A stretch of 60,951 nt of DNA, counting the filler, from Nitrospirae bacterium CG2_30_53_67 (GTDB lineage Bacteria > CG2-30-53-67), in NCBI GenBank assembly GCA_001873285.1. It is 7 parts of 7 records of this genome, joined end to end, with 100 filler letters (N's around TTAATTAATTAA, not from the genome) between each part and the next. Parts side by side here need not be neighbours in the genome. Positions count along the whole stretch, not along the records: positions 14,229 to 21,833 come from MNYV01000067.1; positions 21,934 to 29,072 come from MNYV01000139.1; 5 more parts are not named here. One strand, given 5' to 3'. The stretch's first letter is position 1. Every line of letters starts with the position of its first letter. Shown in pieces: positions 18,697-29,172 of this stretch. Position numbers and translations under genes: made by a program. The notes beneath the pieces were generated by a model. That model was not told where the DNA came from and searched no databases. It saw only the letters and a list, made by a program, of their open reading frames with translations.

Positions 18697-21600
18697 ATGA
18701 GAATCCCCTACGTCATAGACAATCAGACGCACAAGATGGCCGACGTGCTGAACAGCCTGCTTGCCGGGCACGAGGGAAAGTGCCTCGATGTGGCCACGGC
18801 CTATTTCAATGTGCAGGGGTTCCGACTTCTGCGGGCCGGGCTGATAAACCTCGGAAGCTTCCGCCTGCTCATCGGTGACGAACCTGAGAAGGCCGAGTCG
18901 GTGGGTCTGATTCCCAAAGGACCGCGCATCAGCCGTGGGCTGTGGGGCGATCTGCAAAGCATGACGTACACGGAGGAGATGCTCCGGGCCGTTGAGGACT
19001 TGATCGCGTATCTCCGCCGGGAAGACGTCCAGGTGCGCGTGTTCGAGAAGGGCTTCCTGCACGCCAAGTGTTACTTGTTCTATGGTGATTCTCCTTCCAA
19101 GGGGTGGGACCGTTTCCAGCCTGTGGCGGCCATCGTGGGGTCGAGCAATTTCACGGCCGCAGGACTGACCTCGAATAAGGAGCTGAATCTTACGCATAAG
19201 GCAGCGCTCACGGATCAGGAAGTTCACGATGATATCCAGCCGGTTCTCTTCCCTGATATGAAATACAATCCCAAGGACCTCCTAAATATGGATACGGAGC
19301 TTAAACGCCGGCTCAAGTCGAGTGTGGGGGCGCGGGCCATCGCTGATCTGGATGAGTGGTTTGAACAGAATTGGAACACCTCTCTGAATTTCAAGCAGGA
19401 GCTGATCGAACTTCTCGATGCCTCCAAGTTCGGGAGCAAGGAATATACGCCCTACCAGGTGTACATGAAGGCGCTCTTCGAATACTTCAAGGACGACCTG
19501 GATGCCAAGCCCCAGGAGACCCGCTCGGCGGTTGAGCTGGCCGAGTTCCAGGAAGACGCGGTGAAGAAGGCCAGGAAGATCCTGAACCGCTACGACGGCG
19601 TCCTGATCGCCGATTCCGTGGGTCTGGGCAAGACGTGGATCGGCAAGAAGCTCCTTGAAGACTATGCCTACCACATGAGGTTGAAGGCCATTGTGATCTG
19701 CCCGGCGAGCCTGCGGGAGATGTGGAGGCACGAACTCGGCGAAGCCGGTGTTTCGGCCACAATCCTTTCGCAGGAGGAGTTGGGACAGCAGGACTTTGAC
19801 GCCGCACGATACGGTGACACGGACGTGATCCTGGTGGACGAATCCCACAACTTCAGGAATGCAAGTTCCCAGCGATACGAGAAGCTCTCTGAACTCTTGA
19901 GCATGAACGGTTGGCGCGGCAGGGACGGGATGCGAAAAAAGATCATCCTCCTTACGGCCACGCCCATCAACAACGACATCTTCGACCTGTATAATCAGAT
20001 CCTTCTCTTTACCGGCAACGACAAAGCCTATTTCGCCTCCGCCGGTATCGGCGACCTCTACCGGTACTTCCTTGCGGCCAGGAGAGAGACGGCGTCCCAA
20101 GCTGCCGGTATCGCTCTCTTTAACCTTCTTGAAGAGGTGGTCATCCGGAGGACAAGGCCGTTTATCCGCAAGGCATACCCGAATGCAACCATTAAGGGAA
20201 AGACCGTGAAATGGCCGGAAAGGAAACTCCGCACCATCCGGTACAATCTCGAAGCCACCTATGAGGGAATCTACGAATTTGTGGTATCGCAGATCGAGAA
20301 TCTGCGGCTTGCGCCGTATAATCTGGAATCGTACAAGAAAGAGGACGCGCAGAAAGATCTCTTCCAAATGGGGAGAGAAGAGGCGCTGGTCGGAATCTTC
20401 AAGAGCCGGTACCTCAAGCGGTTCGAGTCGAGCATCGAGGCCTTCCGGATCAGCGTGCGCCGGGCCTTAGAGTTCATCAAAACCTTCGAGTCCTATGTGC
20501 TGGGCGGGAAAGTTCTGGACAGCGCGGCTTTTGCCAGGGCCGTGCGGTTTCTTTCGACCGAGGATGAAGAAGACGATGCCACACCCAAATCCCGCGCCGA
20601 GGAAATGGATGCCGATGAGGAGGCAATGGAATTCCTGGGTCAGCTCGCGACGCTCGATCCGTCGCAGTTTGAACTGCGAAGGCTCCATGAGGCCTTGCAG
20701 CATGACGTAGAAGCTCTCTCGGAGATATGGGAAGAGATCAAAGACATTTCTCCGAAGCACGATGCCAAGCTTTCCAAACTCAAGGATCTGCTTGCGTCGG
20801 AACTGAAAGGGAAGAAGGTCATCATCTTCACCTATTACAAAGACACGGCCCGGTATCTCTTCGGAGAGTTGGGCGGCGAAAAAGGCGAAGCATTCAGAAA
20901 GACCGTCGGGAACCCCAGGATCAGGCGAATGGACAGCGGCGCCTCGCCAAAAGACAGAACCTCGCTGGTCGCGGCGTTCGCGCCGACAGCGAATAATCGG
21001 GAGGAGTTGAAAGGAAGCGATAGGGAAATAGACATTCTGATATCTACGGACGTGCTCTCTGAAGGTCAGAACCTTCAGGACTGCGGCATCCTGGTGAATT
21101 ACGACCTCCACTGGAATCCCACCCGCATGGTGCAACGGGCGGGGCGGATCGATCGGATCGGCTCCGATTACGATACATTGTGGATATACAACATGTTTCC
21201 CGACGTGGGTCTGGAGCGGCTCCTGGGTCTTGTGGAGAGCCTGAACCGAAAAATCGCGGACATCAACAGAACCGGGTTCCTGGATGCGAGCGTGCTCGGC
21301 GAGACGGTCAATCCTCAAAACTTCAACACCCTGAAGCGGATCAGAGAAGAGGACGGCACGGTCATTGACGAGCAGGAGCAGTTCACCGAACTCGCGAGCA
21401 ATGAATTTCTTCTCCACCAGTTGCAGTCCCTTCTTGCAAGCGGTGCGCAAAAGATGCTGGACGAGCTTCCGGACGGGATACATTCGGGCCTCGCACAATC
21501 CGGATACCGGGGCGTATTCTTCTATTTCACCGCGGCATCGGCAAAGGGAGAAGGAAGACACCACTTCTGGCGCTATTATGACCTTGTGGAGAAGCGGATC

Positions 21601-21833
21601 ATCGACAACCGATTCGTCATCGCAAATCTCATCGCCTGTTCGCCGGATACGCCTCGGGTTGTCGGCGATATCGGAAATGAAATATTCAACATTCAGGATG
21701 CCGTCATGGAGGATATCGTGAGATCCGCCATGGAACAACGAGCGGCTGAGGCCGCTCCAAAGATCCTCGACCCCATCCAAACGACGATGATTACTCTCCT
21801 CGATGGTTATATGAACAGTCCTGAAGTTGACCG
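18697..21833 (+). CDS. PLD-nuclease / SNF2-type helicase fusion (3' truncated by contig end)
   Basis: HAKCY..GSSNFT..NKELN; ADSVGLGKT, VDESHNFRN, LTATPINN, STDVLSEGQNLQ, QRAGRIDRIG. Confidence 0.9.
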
Positions 21834-21933
21834 NNNNNNNNNNNNNNNNNNNNNNNNNNNNNNNNNNNNNNNNNNNNTTAATTAATTAANNNNNNNNNNN
21901 NNNNNNNNNNNNNNNNNNNNNNNNNNNNNNNNN
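21834..21933. other. Artificial contig linker
   Basis: N/TTAATTAATTAA/N spacer. Confidence 0.99.
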
Positions 21934-22074
21934 AAGGGAGGGTGTTTTTAACCGTTTGCGAATAGGCCTCTTTGAGGGGCCGGCAAATGTCAAGCCTCCG
22001 GCTTTGCCGGAGGTTGATGATTGAAACGTGCCGGCGGCACGCGGCACGGATTGCAGGAGAGGGCTGAGGGGTTT

Positions 22075-23592
22075 ATGCAGATCGTTTCCAACATTCTGGT
22101 CGTGGACGACAACAGGAACAATCTGGAACTCCTTTCCGACATGCTGGAAATGGAAGGGTATTACGTACGGACGGCTGAGACCGGTGAGACGGCCCTCAAG
22201 GAGGTCTTGAAAGAGAGGCCTGATCTGATCCTTCTGGATATCATGCTTCCTGGGATAGACGGGTACCGGGTCTGTGAAACCCTGAAGAAGATGCCCGACA
22301 CCCAGGACATCCCCATTATCCTGGTCAGCGCCAAGAGCAGCATAGAGGATGCCGTCAGGGGGCTTGAACACGGCGCCGATGATTACATCCGTAAACCCTA
22401 TAATGAGATGGAGCTCCTGGCGAGGGTCAAGTCGGCCCTCAAGACGAAGCATCTGCATGATGAGGTTCACCATACCAACCGGATGCTTTCCAACCAGAAG
22501 GAGCAGATCGAAACCATCATCAACACCATGGGGGAGGGGCTCTTTTCCGTGAATCAGGACATGGAGATCGTCTTCTTCAATCATGCGGCCGAGGAGATCA
22601 CCGGGTACAACTTCCGGGAAGCGATCGGCAAAAACTGCGCAAAGATCTTCAAGTGCCCTGACGACGAGGCCTGCTGTCAGTCTTCTTTGGACTTCAAGCC
22701 CGAACCAGGCCGGAAGATCGCCCGAGAATACCTGATGGAACGGAAAGACGGTTCCAGGATCCCGATTCTCAAAAGTACGAGTTTTCTCCTTTCCGCCGAG
22801 GGAGAGGTGATGGGCCGGGTTGAGGTCATCCGTGACATCAGCAAGGAGCGTGAACTTGAACAGAAGAAGGCGGATTTCATATCCATGGTGATCCATGATC
22901 TGAAAAATCCGTTGAGCACCATTACAATCTGCGACAAGATCGTGATGAATGAAACCAAGGGGCATATAGACAAGGACCTGACCCAGTTGTTGGCGAATAT
23001 CGAATCCAGCGCCAATAACCTCTTGAACCAGGTCAATGAACTCCTGGACATATCCAAACTGGAGTCCGGGGCCATGGAGTTCAAGAAGCAGAGAATCGAC
23101 ATGAACGATGTCATGGATATCTCCATCCATACCCAGCGGATCATCTCCATGGAAAAGCAGATCGAGATCGAGAAGGATTTCGCAGCGGAACGCTACCCGG
23201 TCATGGGGGACAAGGATTTTCTGATGCGCGTGATGATCAACCTGATCGGCAATGCCATCAAGTTCACCCCCAAGGGGGGCAAAATCAGCGTCGTGGCAAG
23301 GGATCACCCGCAGAGGGTCCCTGAGCATCCTCGCTCCCCGCAGCTCGAAGAGGCGGAGAAGATCCTGGAGATCTCCATCAAGGACAACGGGACCGGGATC
23401 CCTGAGAATGACCTTTCCACTATTTTTGACAAATTCCGGCGGGTCCGGGGCACGACCGAGATCGAGGGCTCAGGCCTCGGTCTCTATATCGCCAAGGTGA
23501 TCATTGAGGCCCACGGCGGACGAATATGGGTGGAGAACAATTCAGACCAGGGGAGCACATTCACCATTCTGCTCCCTGCATTGAAGGAATAG
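22075..23592 (+). CDS. Receiver-PAS-histidine kinase hybrid
   Basis: ILVVDD..LLDIMLP receiver, PAS (FNHAAEEITGY), HDLKNPL, NLIGNAIKF, DNGTGI, GSGLGL. Confidence 0.92.
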   Translation: MQIVSNILVVDDNRNNLELLSDMLEMEGYYVRTAETGETALKEVLKERPDLILLDIMLPGIDGYRVCETLKKMPDTQDIPIILVSAKSSIEDAVRGLEHGADDYIRKPYNEMELLARVKSALKTKHLHDEVHHTNRMLSNQKEQIETIINTMGEGLFSVNQDMEIVFFNHAAEEITGYNFREAIGKNCAKIFKCPDDEACCQSSLDFKPEPGRKIAREYLMERKDGSRIPILKSTSFLLSAEGEVMGRVEVIRDISKERELEQKKADFISMVIHDLKNPLSTITICDKIVMNETKGHIDKDLTQLLANIESSANNLLNQVNELLDISKLESGAMEFKKQRIDMNDVMDISIHTQRIISMEKQIEIEKDFAAERYPVMGDKDFLMRVMINLIGNAIKFTPKGGKISVVARDHPQRVPEHPRSPQLEEAEKILEISIKDNGTGIPENDLSTIFDKFRRVRGTTEIEGSGLGLYIAKVIIEAHGGRIWVENNSDQGSTFTILLPALKE

Positions 23593-23630
23593 GAACCAAT
23601 ATTGAAGCGGCAGACCGCTAAGGAGCGTTC

Positions 23631-24668
23631 ATGAAGGAGAAAAAGCTGACATACAAGGATGCGGGCGTGGATATCCAGGCCGGGGACGACTTTGTGGATC
23701 GGATCTCTCCCATGGTCCATTCGACCTTCGGTCCTGAAGTGCTCACCGGCATCGGCGGGTTCGGCGGACTCTTCGCCCTCGATATCAGCAGAATGAAAGA
23801 ACCCGTTCTGGTTTCGGGCACGGATGGGGTCGGAACCAAACTGAGGCTCGCTTTCCTAACCGGGATGCACCATACCGTGGGGATCGACCTGGTGGCCATG
23901 TGTGTGAATGATATCCTGGTCTCAGGCGCAAGGCCCCTCTTTTTTCTGGATTATTTTGCCACGGGCAGGCTGAATATCGAACAGAGCTCGGATGTGGTCA
24001 AAGGGATTGTGGAGGGGTGCCGCCAGGCCGGGTGCGCCCTGATCGGAGGGGAGACGGCGGAAATGCCCGGCTTTTACCGGGCGGGGGAATACGACCTGGC
24101 AGGTTTTGCCGTCGGGGTTGTGGAACGCTCCCGCCTGATCGACGGGTCCCGCATGGTTCCCGGAGACAGCGTCATCGGGATCGCGTCAAGCGGCCTTCAC
24201 AGCAACGGCTATTCCCTGGTGCGGGAGGTTTTCCTCAATGTTCACCATACGGACTTAGAAAAGACCATTCCAGCCCTGGGCCGCCCCCTGGGTGAGATCC
24301 TCCTTGAGCCTACACGGATTTATGTCCGATCCGTGCTCTCTCTCCTCGAAGAAAAGACCGTGAAGGGGATGGCCCATATCACCGGCGGAGGGATCCCGGG
24401 CAACCTCCCGAGGATTTTCCCGGAGGGGTGTTCCGCCCGGATACGGAAAGGGAGCTGGGATGTACCGGCGGTTTTTTCCGTGCTCTCCGAGTACGGAGGC
24501 GTTCCTGAAGATGAGATGTTCAGGACCTTCAACATGGGGATCGGCATGGCGCTCGTGGTTTCATCCGGGGATACCGGTGAGGTTTTAAAGCGCCTCCGGC
24601 GATCCGGTGAGACGGCGTGGATCATCGGGGAGATCTGCGAAGGGAACCGGGAGGTGATCCTCCAGTGA
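23631..24668 (+). CDS. purM: Phosphoribosylformylglycinamidine cyclo-ligase
   Basis: [35 protein letters not shown]. Confidence 0.97.
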   Translation: MKEKKLTYKDAGVDIQAGDDFVDRISPMVHSTFGPEVLTGIGGFGGLFALDISRMKEPVLVSGTDGVGTKLRLAFLTGMHHTVGIDLVAMCVNDILVSGARPLFFLDYFATGRLNIEQSSDVVKGIVEGCRQAGCALIGGETAEMPGFYRAGEYDLAGFAVGVVERSRLIDGSRMVPGDSVIGIASSGLHSNGYSLVREVFLNVHHTDLEKTIPALGRPLGEILLEPTRIYVRSVLSLLEEKTVKGMAHITGGGIPGNLPRIFPEGCSARIRKGSWDVPAVFSVLSEYGGVPEDEMFRTFNMGIGMALVVSSGDTGEVLKRLRRSGETAWIIGEICEGNREVILQ

Positions 24669-25327
24669 GGAAGACATTACGCATCGGCGCCCTGGCATCC
24701 GGCGGCGGTTCCAATATCCAATCCATCATCGACCATATCGAGTCCGGAAAGCTCCATGCCAGAATCGTGATCCTGCTTTCAGATCATCCGGAGGCCGGAG
24801 TGCTCCGGAGGGGAGAGCGCCACGGCATCCCCCATCAAGTGATCAACCCCGACGATTTCAAGAATAGACAAGACCATGACCGGGCCATGATCAGCGTCCT
24901 GAAGGAAAATGAGGTGGATCTGGTTGTCCTGGCCGGCTACATGCGGGTCATCTCTCCCGGTTTTGTTGCTTCCTTTCCGGGCCGGATCATGAACATCCAT
25001 CCGGCCCTGCTCCCGTCTTTCCCGGGGCTCCATGTGCAGCAGAAGGCTGCGGATTACGGGGTCCGCTTCTCCGGATGCACCGTCCATTTTGTGGATGAGG
25101 GGACCGATACCGGCCCGATCATCATCCAGGCCGTGGTCCCTGTCCTTCCGGGGGACACCGGTGAGACCCTGGGCGCCCGCATCCTCAAACAAGAGCACCG
25201 GATCTATCCGGAGGCCATCCGTCTTTTTTCAGAAGGGAGACTCAGGATCGAAGGGAGACACGTCCGGATTCTGGACCATGCCGTAGACGCGGACCCATGT
25301 CTGATCAATCCCATACTGCCGGGTTAA
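24665..25327 (+). CDS. purN: Phosphoribosylglycinamide formyltransferase
   Basis: [34 protein letters not shown] start overlapping the purM stop. Confidence 0.96.
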   Translation: MRKTLRIGALASGGGSNIQSIIDHIESGKLHARIVILLSDHPEAGVLRRGERHGIPHQVINPDDFKNRQDHDRAMISVLKENEVDLVVLAGYMRVISPGFVASFPGRIMNIHPALLPSFPGLHVQQKAADYGVRFSGCTVHFVDEGTDTGPIIIQAVVPVLPGDTGETLGARILKQEHRIYPEAIRLFSEGRLRIEGRHVRILDHAVDADPCLINPILPG

Positions 25328-25409
25328 GATGAACCGTCATTCAGGCTGACTCCAGTCCGGGCATGGATTTAGGGTCCGCGGGCCGTCCATCTGAATCGGG
25401 AGGAATCCG

Positions 25410-26270
25410 ATGCGTTTTGAGATCGATGAAAAAAACGGTCTTCCAAGCATACAAACCGATGCATACCGTCTTCTTGTGCGCGGGAAATTTGCGCCGGACG
25501 GGCTCAGGCTGCACGTCCAAGGGAAACGCAAGTCCTATCCGCCGGAGTTGAGGGAATTCATAGAACAGACCTGGAGAGAGGTTCAGGATGACGCTGAAAA
25601 GAACGGACGTAAAATTTACAATGAACGGCTCTTCAGCCTGCTGATGTATCAGGTCAGGCATGGGGTCTTAAACCTCCTTCTGGGGGAGACGGATTACAAG
25701 GAACTGACGGGGACCAACTTCTCCATTCAGGAATGGACGGGATCCCGTGATGAAAAGCTCCTATCCGACGGGGTGGCCATCTGCTCAACGATCATCACTG
25801 AGGACGGTTTCTTGATTCTGGGGAGAAGAAGCCGGGAGGTTCACCGGGGACGAGGGAAACTCCATGTCTGTGCGGGCCATCCGGTTCCGGACCATGTCCT
25901 TACGCCTGAAAGGATGCTTGCCGGAGAGAACCTTCTCTTTGCAGAAATGAAGAGAGAGATCATGGAGGAATTTCACATCCCCGCTGACCATATCGCCGGC
26001 ATGGTCTGCCTCGGTCTGATCCGGAGCCGTCTCAGCAGGAAACCGGAGGTGCTTTTTCAAACCTTTGTGAAGGTCCCCAGGAAGAAGGTCCTGGTTCTGT
26101 ATGATGCCGCCGAAGACAAGGGAGAACACCAGGATATCTTCTTCGTACCGTCGGAACAGGCGCCGCTCATTGATTTCCTGAAGACATATTATCGGGAATT
26201 TACGTCTCCGGGACTGGCAGCCGTGGTCTTCCACGGGACCGAACAGGGATTCTGGACACAGTCTCCTTGA
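25410..26270 (+). CDS. Nudix-fold hydrolase-like protein (NUDT22-like)
   Basis: TDYKEL.GTN, IITEDGFLILGRRS, AGHP, REIMEEF (Nudix-box-like), KPE. Confidence 0.6.
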   Translation: MRFEIDEKNGLPSIQTDAYRLLVRGKFAPDGLRLHVQGKRKSYPPELREFIEQTWREVQDDAEKNGRKIYNERLFSLLMYQVRHGVLNLLLGETDYKELTGTNFSIQEWTGSRDEKLLSDGVAICSTIITEDGFLILGRRSREVHRGRGKLHVCAGHPVPDHVLTPERMLAGENLLFAEMKREIMEEFHIPADHIAGMVCLGLIRSRLSRKPEVLFQTFVKVPRKKVLVLYDAAEDKGEHQDIFFVPSEQAPLIDFLKTYYREFTSPGLAAVVFHGTEQGFWTQSP

Positions 26271-26396
26271 TCGTTCTCCAGCCTCGTTGTATAGAACGAT
26301 CCTGCAGGGTGGTGCAGACCCCCGGCAGGATCCGGACATTTTCAGCAGGCTCTCACCCTGCAAAAGAGGATGAGACAGGTTCCGGCATCGGCAGGC

Positions 26397-28064
26397 CTAG
26401 GATGCCGACGGGACTTGAATCACCTGGCCGGACTGCAGAGAATTCCCCGAAAGGCTGTTGACATCTCTGATCTTGCTCACCGTGGTATTATATTTCGTCG
26501 CAATGGACCAGAGGGTATCGCCGCTTTGCACCCTATAGCGGGTGTATTGAGCATGATTTTTGGTTTGAGCATAACCGGAGGATATGGTTTGTTTTGCAGG
26601 CACTTTCAGTTTCTGGCCTGTATGTATCTTTGAACTGCTCCGGATATGATTGAGCTTGGCTATGGCGCCGACCGATGTTCTGTATTTTTTTGCGATCTTA
26701 GATAATGTCTCGCCCTTTCGCACCGTATATGCGGCTGTGTTACTGCCTCCGATCCTTCCGCCGTAGGTTCGATGTTCGTTATGTTTGGCAAGGACGGGGA
26801 GGGTGCATTCCGGAATGGCGTCAAGCTTGGCTTCCAGGACTTTACCGGTTTTCGACGGAATTCTCAGCGCATAGGCATAATCCGGGGTGATCTGCAGGCG
26901 GAGGGCCGGATTCAAATCTTCAAGCAGTTCAGGGGCCGCGTTGATGGCAGAGGCGATCTCTTTGATCTTCATCTGCTTGGTTACCGTCATTTCATCAAAC
27001 TGTATCGGAGCATCCAATGTCAGCTCCGTGAATCCGTATTTGGCCGGGTTCTTAATGATATGGAGCGTGGCCAGGAAACGGGGAACGTACCGGGCGGTCT
27101 CAGCCGGCAGGATGGTATAAAGGTCCCAGAAGTTGTCCAGGTAGTCCTCGCGTTGCCGGCTGATTGCCCGGACCACGTTCATTTCGCCGCAGTTATAGCC
27201 GGCCAGGGCTGAGGTCCAGTCCCCGAAAAGGTCGTGAAGGGAGGTCAGGTATTCAATCGCCGCCTTGGTGGACTTCTGATAATCCATGCGTTCATCTATC
27301 CACTGGTCCCTTTTCAGGTTGAACCGGTAGCCGGTTGAAGCGATGAATTGCCAGGGGCCCAAGGCCCTCGACCGGGAGAAGGCCTTGTCCTTGTAACCGC
27401 TTTCAATCAGGGGGAGCCAGGAGAGCTCGGTCGGGAGCCCGGCCTTCCGGAATTCCGCTGCAATATATTTTTGATACCTGCCTGAGCGCCTGTAGGATTC
27501 CACGAAGAAATTCCTTTCAATGGTCTGGAAGGATTTGATCTCTCTTTCAACGTGTTCGTTCATCACAAGGGGGATGGCCCCGTCTCCGATGGAACGGTGG
27601 GTTCTGGAACTTCCGGTATAGATCTCGAGCAGTCTTTTTGAGATCAGGAGCCTCAGATCTTCTTTTTGCTGCTGGATATCCGATTCGCTGTCGGATGAAA
27701 TCTTCAGAATCAATTTGTAGCTCTGGTCCAAGGCGGCGATGGCCTCGTCGGACTGCCCCTCGTTCCAGAGGTCCTGGGAGTCTTGAACAAGATTGAGGGC
27801 CTCATCAATGAGCTGCTGATCGGATGAGTCATTGGAGGCGACCTCGGGCACCGTATCCTCTGTTTCATCTGCGGTCTGAGGCGTCTTCATCAGGTCTTGG
27901 TTCTCTTGAAGGGTTAACCGGGCCGATTCAGAGGGCATTGCAGTCACCGTATGGGATGCGTGAGTTGGGCTCGTGGCCGTGCCCGTGGTCGAGTTAAAAT
28001 GAGAACATGCCTGAAAACCGAGTAAAAGCACTCCAATCATCAAACAGCGGAATATGTTTTTCAT
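26397..28064 (-). CDS. mltD: Lytic murein transglycosylase (SLT plus LysM domains), MltD-like lipoprotein
   Basis: Lipobox FQAC, IES, GPWQF, AGYNCG, ETARYVP, two clear C-terminal LysM repeats. Confidence 0.9.
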   Translation of the reverse strand: MKNIFRCLMIGVLLLGFQACSHFNSTTGTATSPTHASHTVTAMPSESARLTLQENQDLMKTPQTADETEDTVPEVASNDSSDQQLIDEALNLVQDSQDLWNEGQSDEAIAALDQSYKLILKISSDSESDIQQQKEDLRLLISKRLLEIYTGSSRTHRSIGDGAIPLVMNEHVEREIKSFQTIERNFFVESYRRSGRYQKYIAAEFRKAGLPTELSWLPLIESGYKDKAFSRSRALGPWQFIASTGYRFNLKRDQWIDERMDYQKSTKAAIEYLTSLHDLFGDWTSALAGYNCGEMNVVRAISRQREDYLDNFWDLYTILPAETARYVPRFLATLHIIKNPAKYGFTELTLDAPIQFDEMTVTKQMKIKEIASAINAAPELLEDLNPALRLQITPDYAYALRIPSKTGKVLEAKLDAIPECTLPVLAKHNEHRTYGGRIGGSNTAAYTVRKGETLSKIAKKYRTSVGAIAKLNHIRSSSKIHTGQKLKVPAKQTISSGYAQTKNHAQYTRYRVQSGDTLWSIATKYNTTVSKIRDVNSLSGNSLQSGQVIQVPSAS

Positions 28065-28297
28065 GCGCTCTCCCCATAAAGGTTATAAATCCCGTTCTGT
28101 CAAAAAATGAGTGTTATTTTTTTATCCTATCTCTATTATTTTGTATTTAAATAAAAATATCAACAAAAAAATGCATATCTATAAGATTTTTTAATGTTCG
28201 GGTTGAAGTGTGCCTCCTCAACCTATTTTGATTGAATCAGAAAACTACCATAAAATGGAACCGTCAGGAACCAGGATGAAACAGGATCCATAGGTTC

Positions 28298-29072
28298 TCA
28301 AGGCATACTCAGCACACCCGCTCCCCGGATCTTTCCCTCTTTCAGCAGGATCAGCGCCTGATTGGCCTCGTTCAAGGGAAAGCTCTCGATGTTGGTCCGG
28401 ACCGGGATCTGCGATGCAATCCTCAAGAATTCCTCTCCATCCTTTCTCGTGCTATTGGCCACGGACCGGATGGTTTTCTCGAAGTAGAGATGTTGTCTAT
28501 AATCGAGTTCCGGGATGCGGCTCATGGTGATTCCGGCCAGCGCGAGGGTTCCCCCTTTTTCGAGAACGCGGAGGGCCTCCGGGATCAGCGCCCCTGCCGG
28601 CGCAAAGATGATGGCGCCGTTCAGTTTTACCGGAGGGGTATCCTGCGCCTGTCCGGTCCATGAAGCGCCGAGCGCTTCAGCCAGTTTGAGATGTTCCTTG
28701 CCCCGGCTGAAGACATAGACCTCGCATCCGAGATGGCGCGCAATCTGGATCGTGATGTGAGCCGAGGCTCCGAAACCGTACAGGCCCAGGCGCTCGCCGG
28801 ATTGAACCTCGCTTAGCCGGAGCGCGCGATAACCGATGATTCCTGCGCAGAGCAGGGGAGCGGCCTCTTCATCTGAGAAGATATCCGGAATCGCATAGGC
28901 GAACGCTTCCGGCGCCAGGGCATATTCAGCATACCCTCCATGGACATGGTAACCTGTGAACAGGGCCTGCTCACAGAGATTCTCACGGCCTCTGCTGCAG
29001 AAGGCGCAGGCGCCGCAGGCGGAATGGAGCCAGGCCAGGCCCACACGGTCGCCAATGCCGAAGCGTTTGACG
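28298..29072 (-). CDS. Zn-dependent alcohol dehydrogenase family protein (5' truncated by contig end)
   Basis: [32 protein letters not shown]. Confidence 0.9.
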
Positions 29073-29172
29073 NNNNNNNNNNNNNNNNNNNNNNNNNNNN
29101 NNNNNNNNNNNNNNNNTTAATTAATTAANNNNNNNNNNNNNNNNNNNNNNNNNNNNNNNNNNNNNNNNNNNN
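29073..29172. other. Artificial contig linker
   Basis: N/TTAATTAATTAA/N spacer. Confidence 0.99.
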
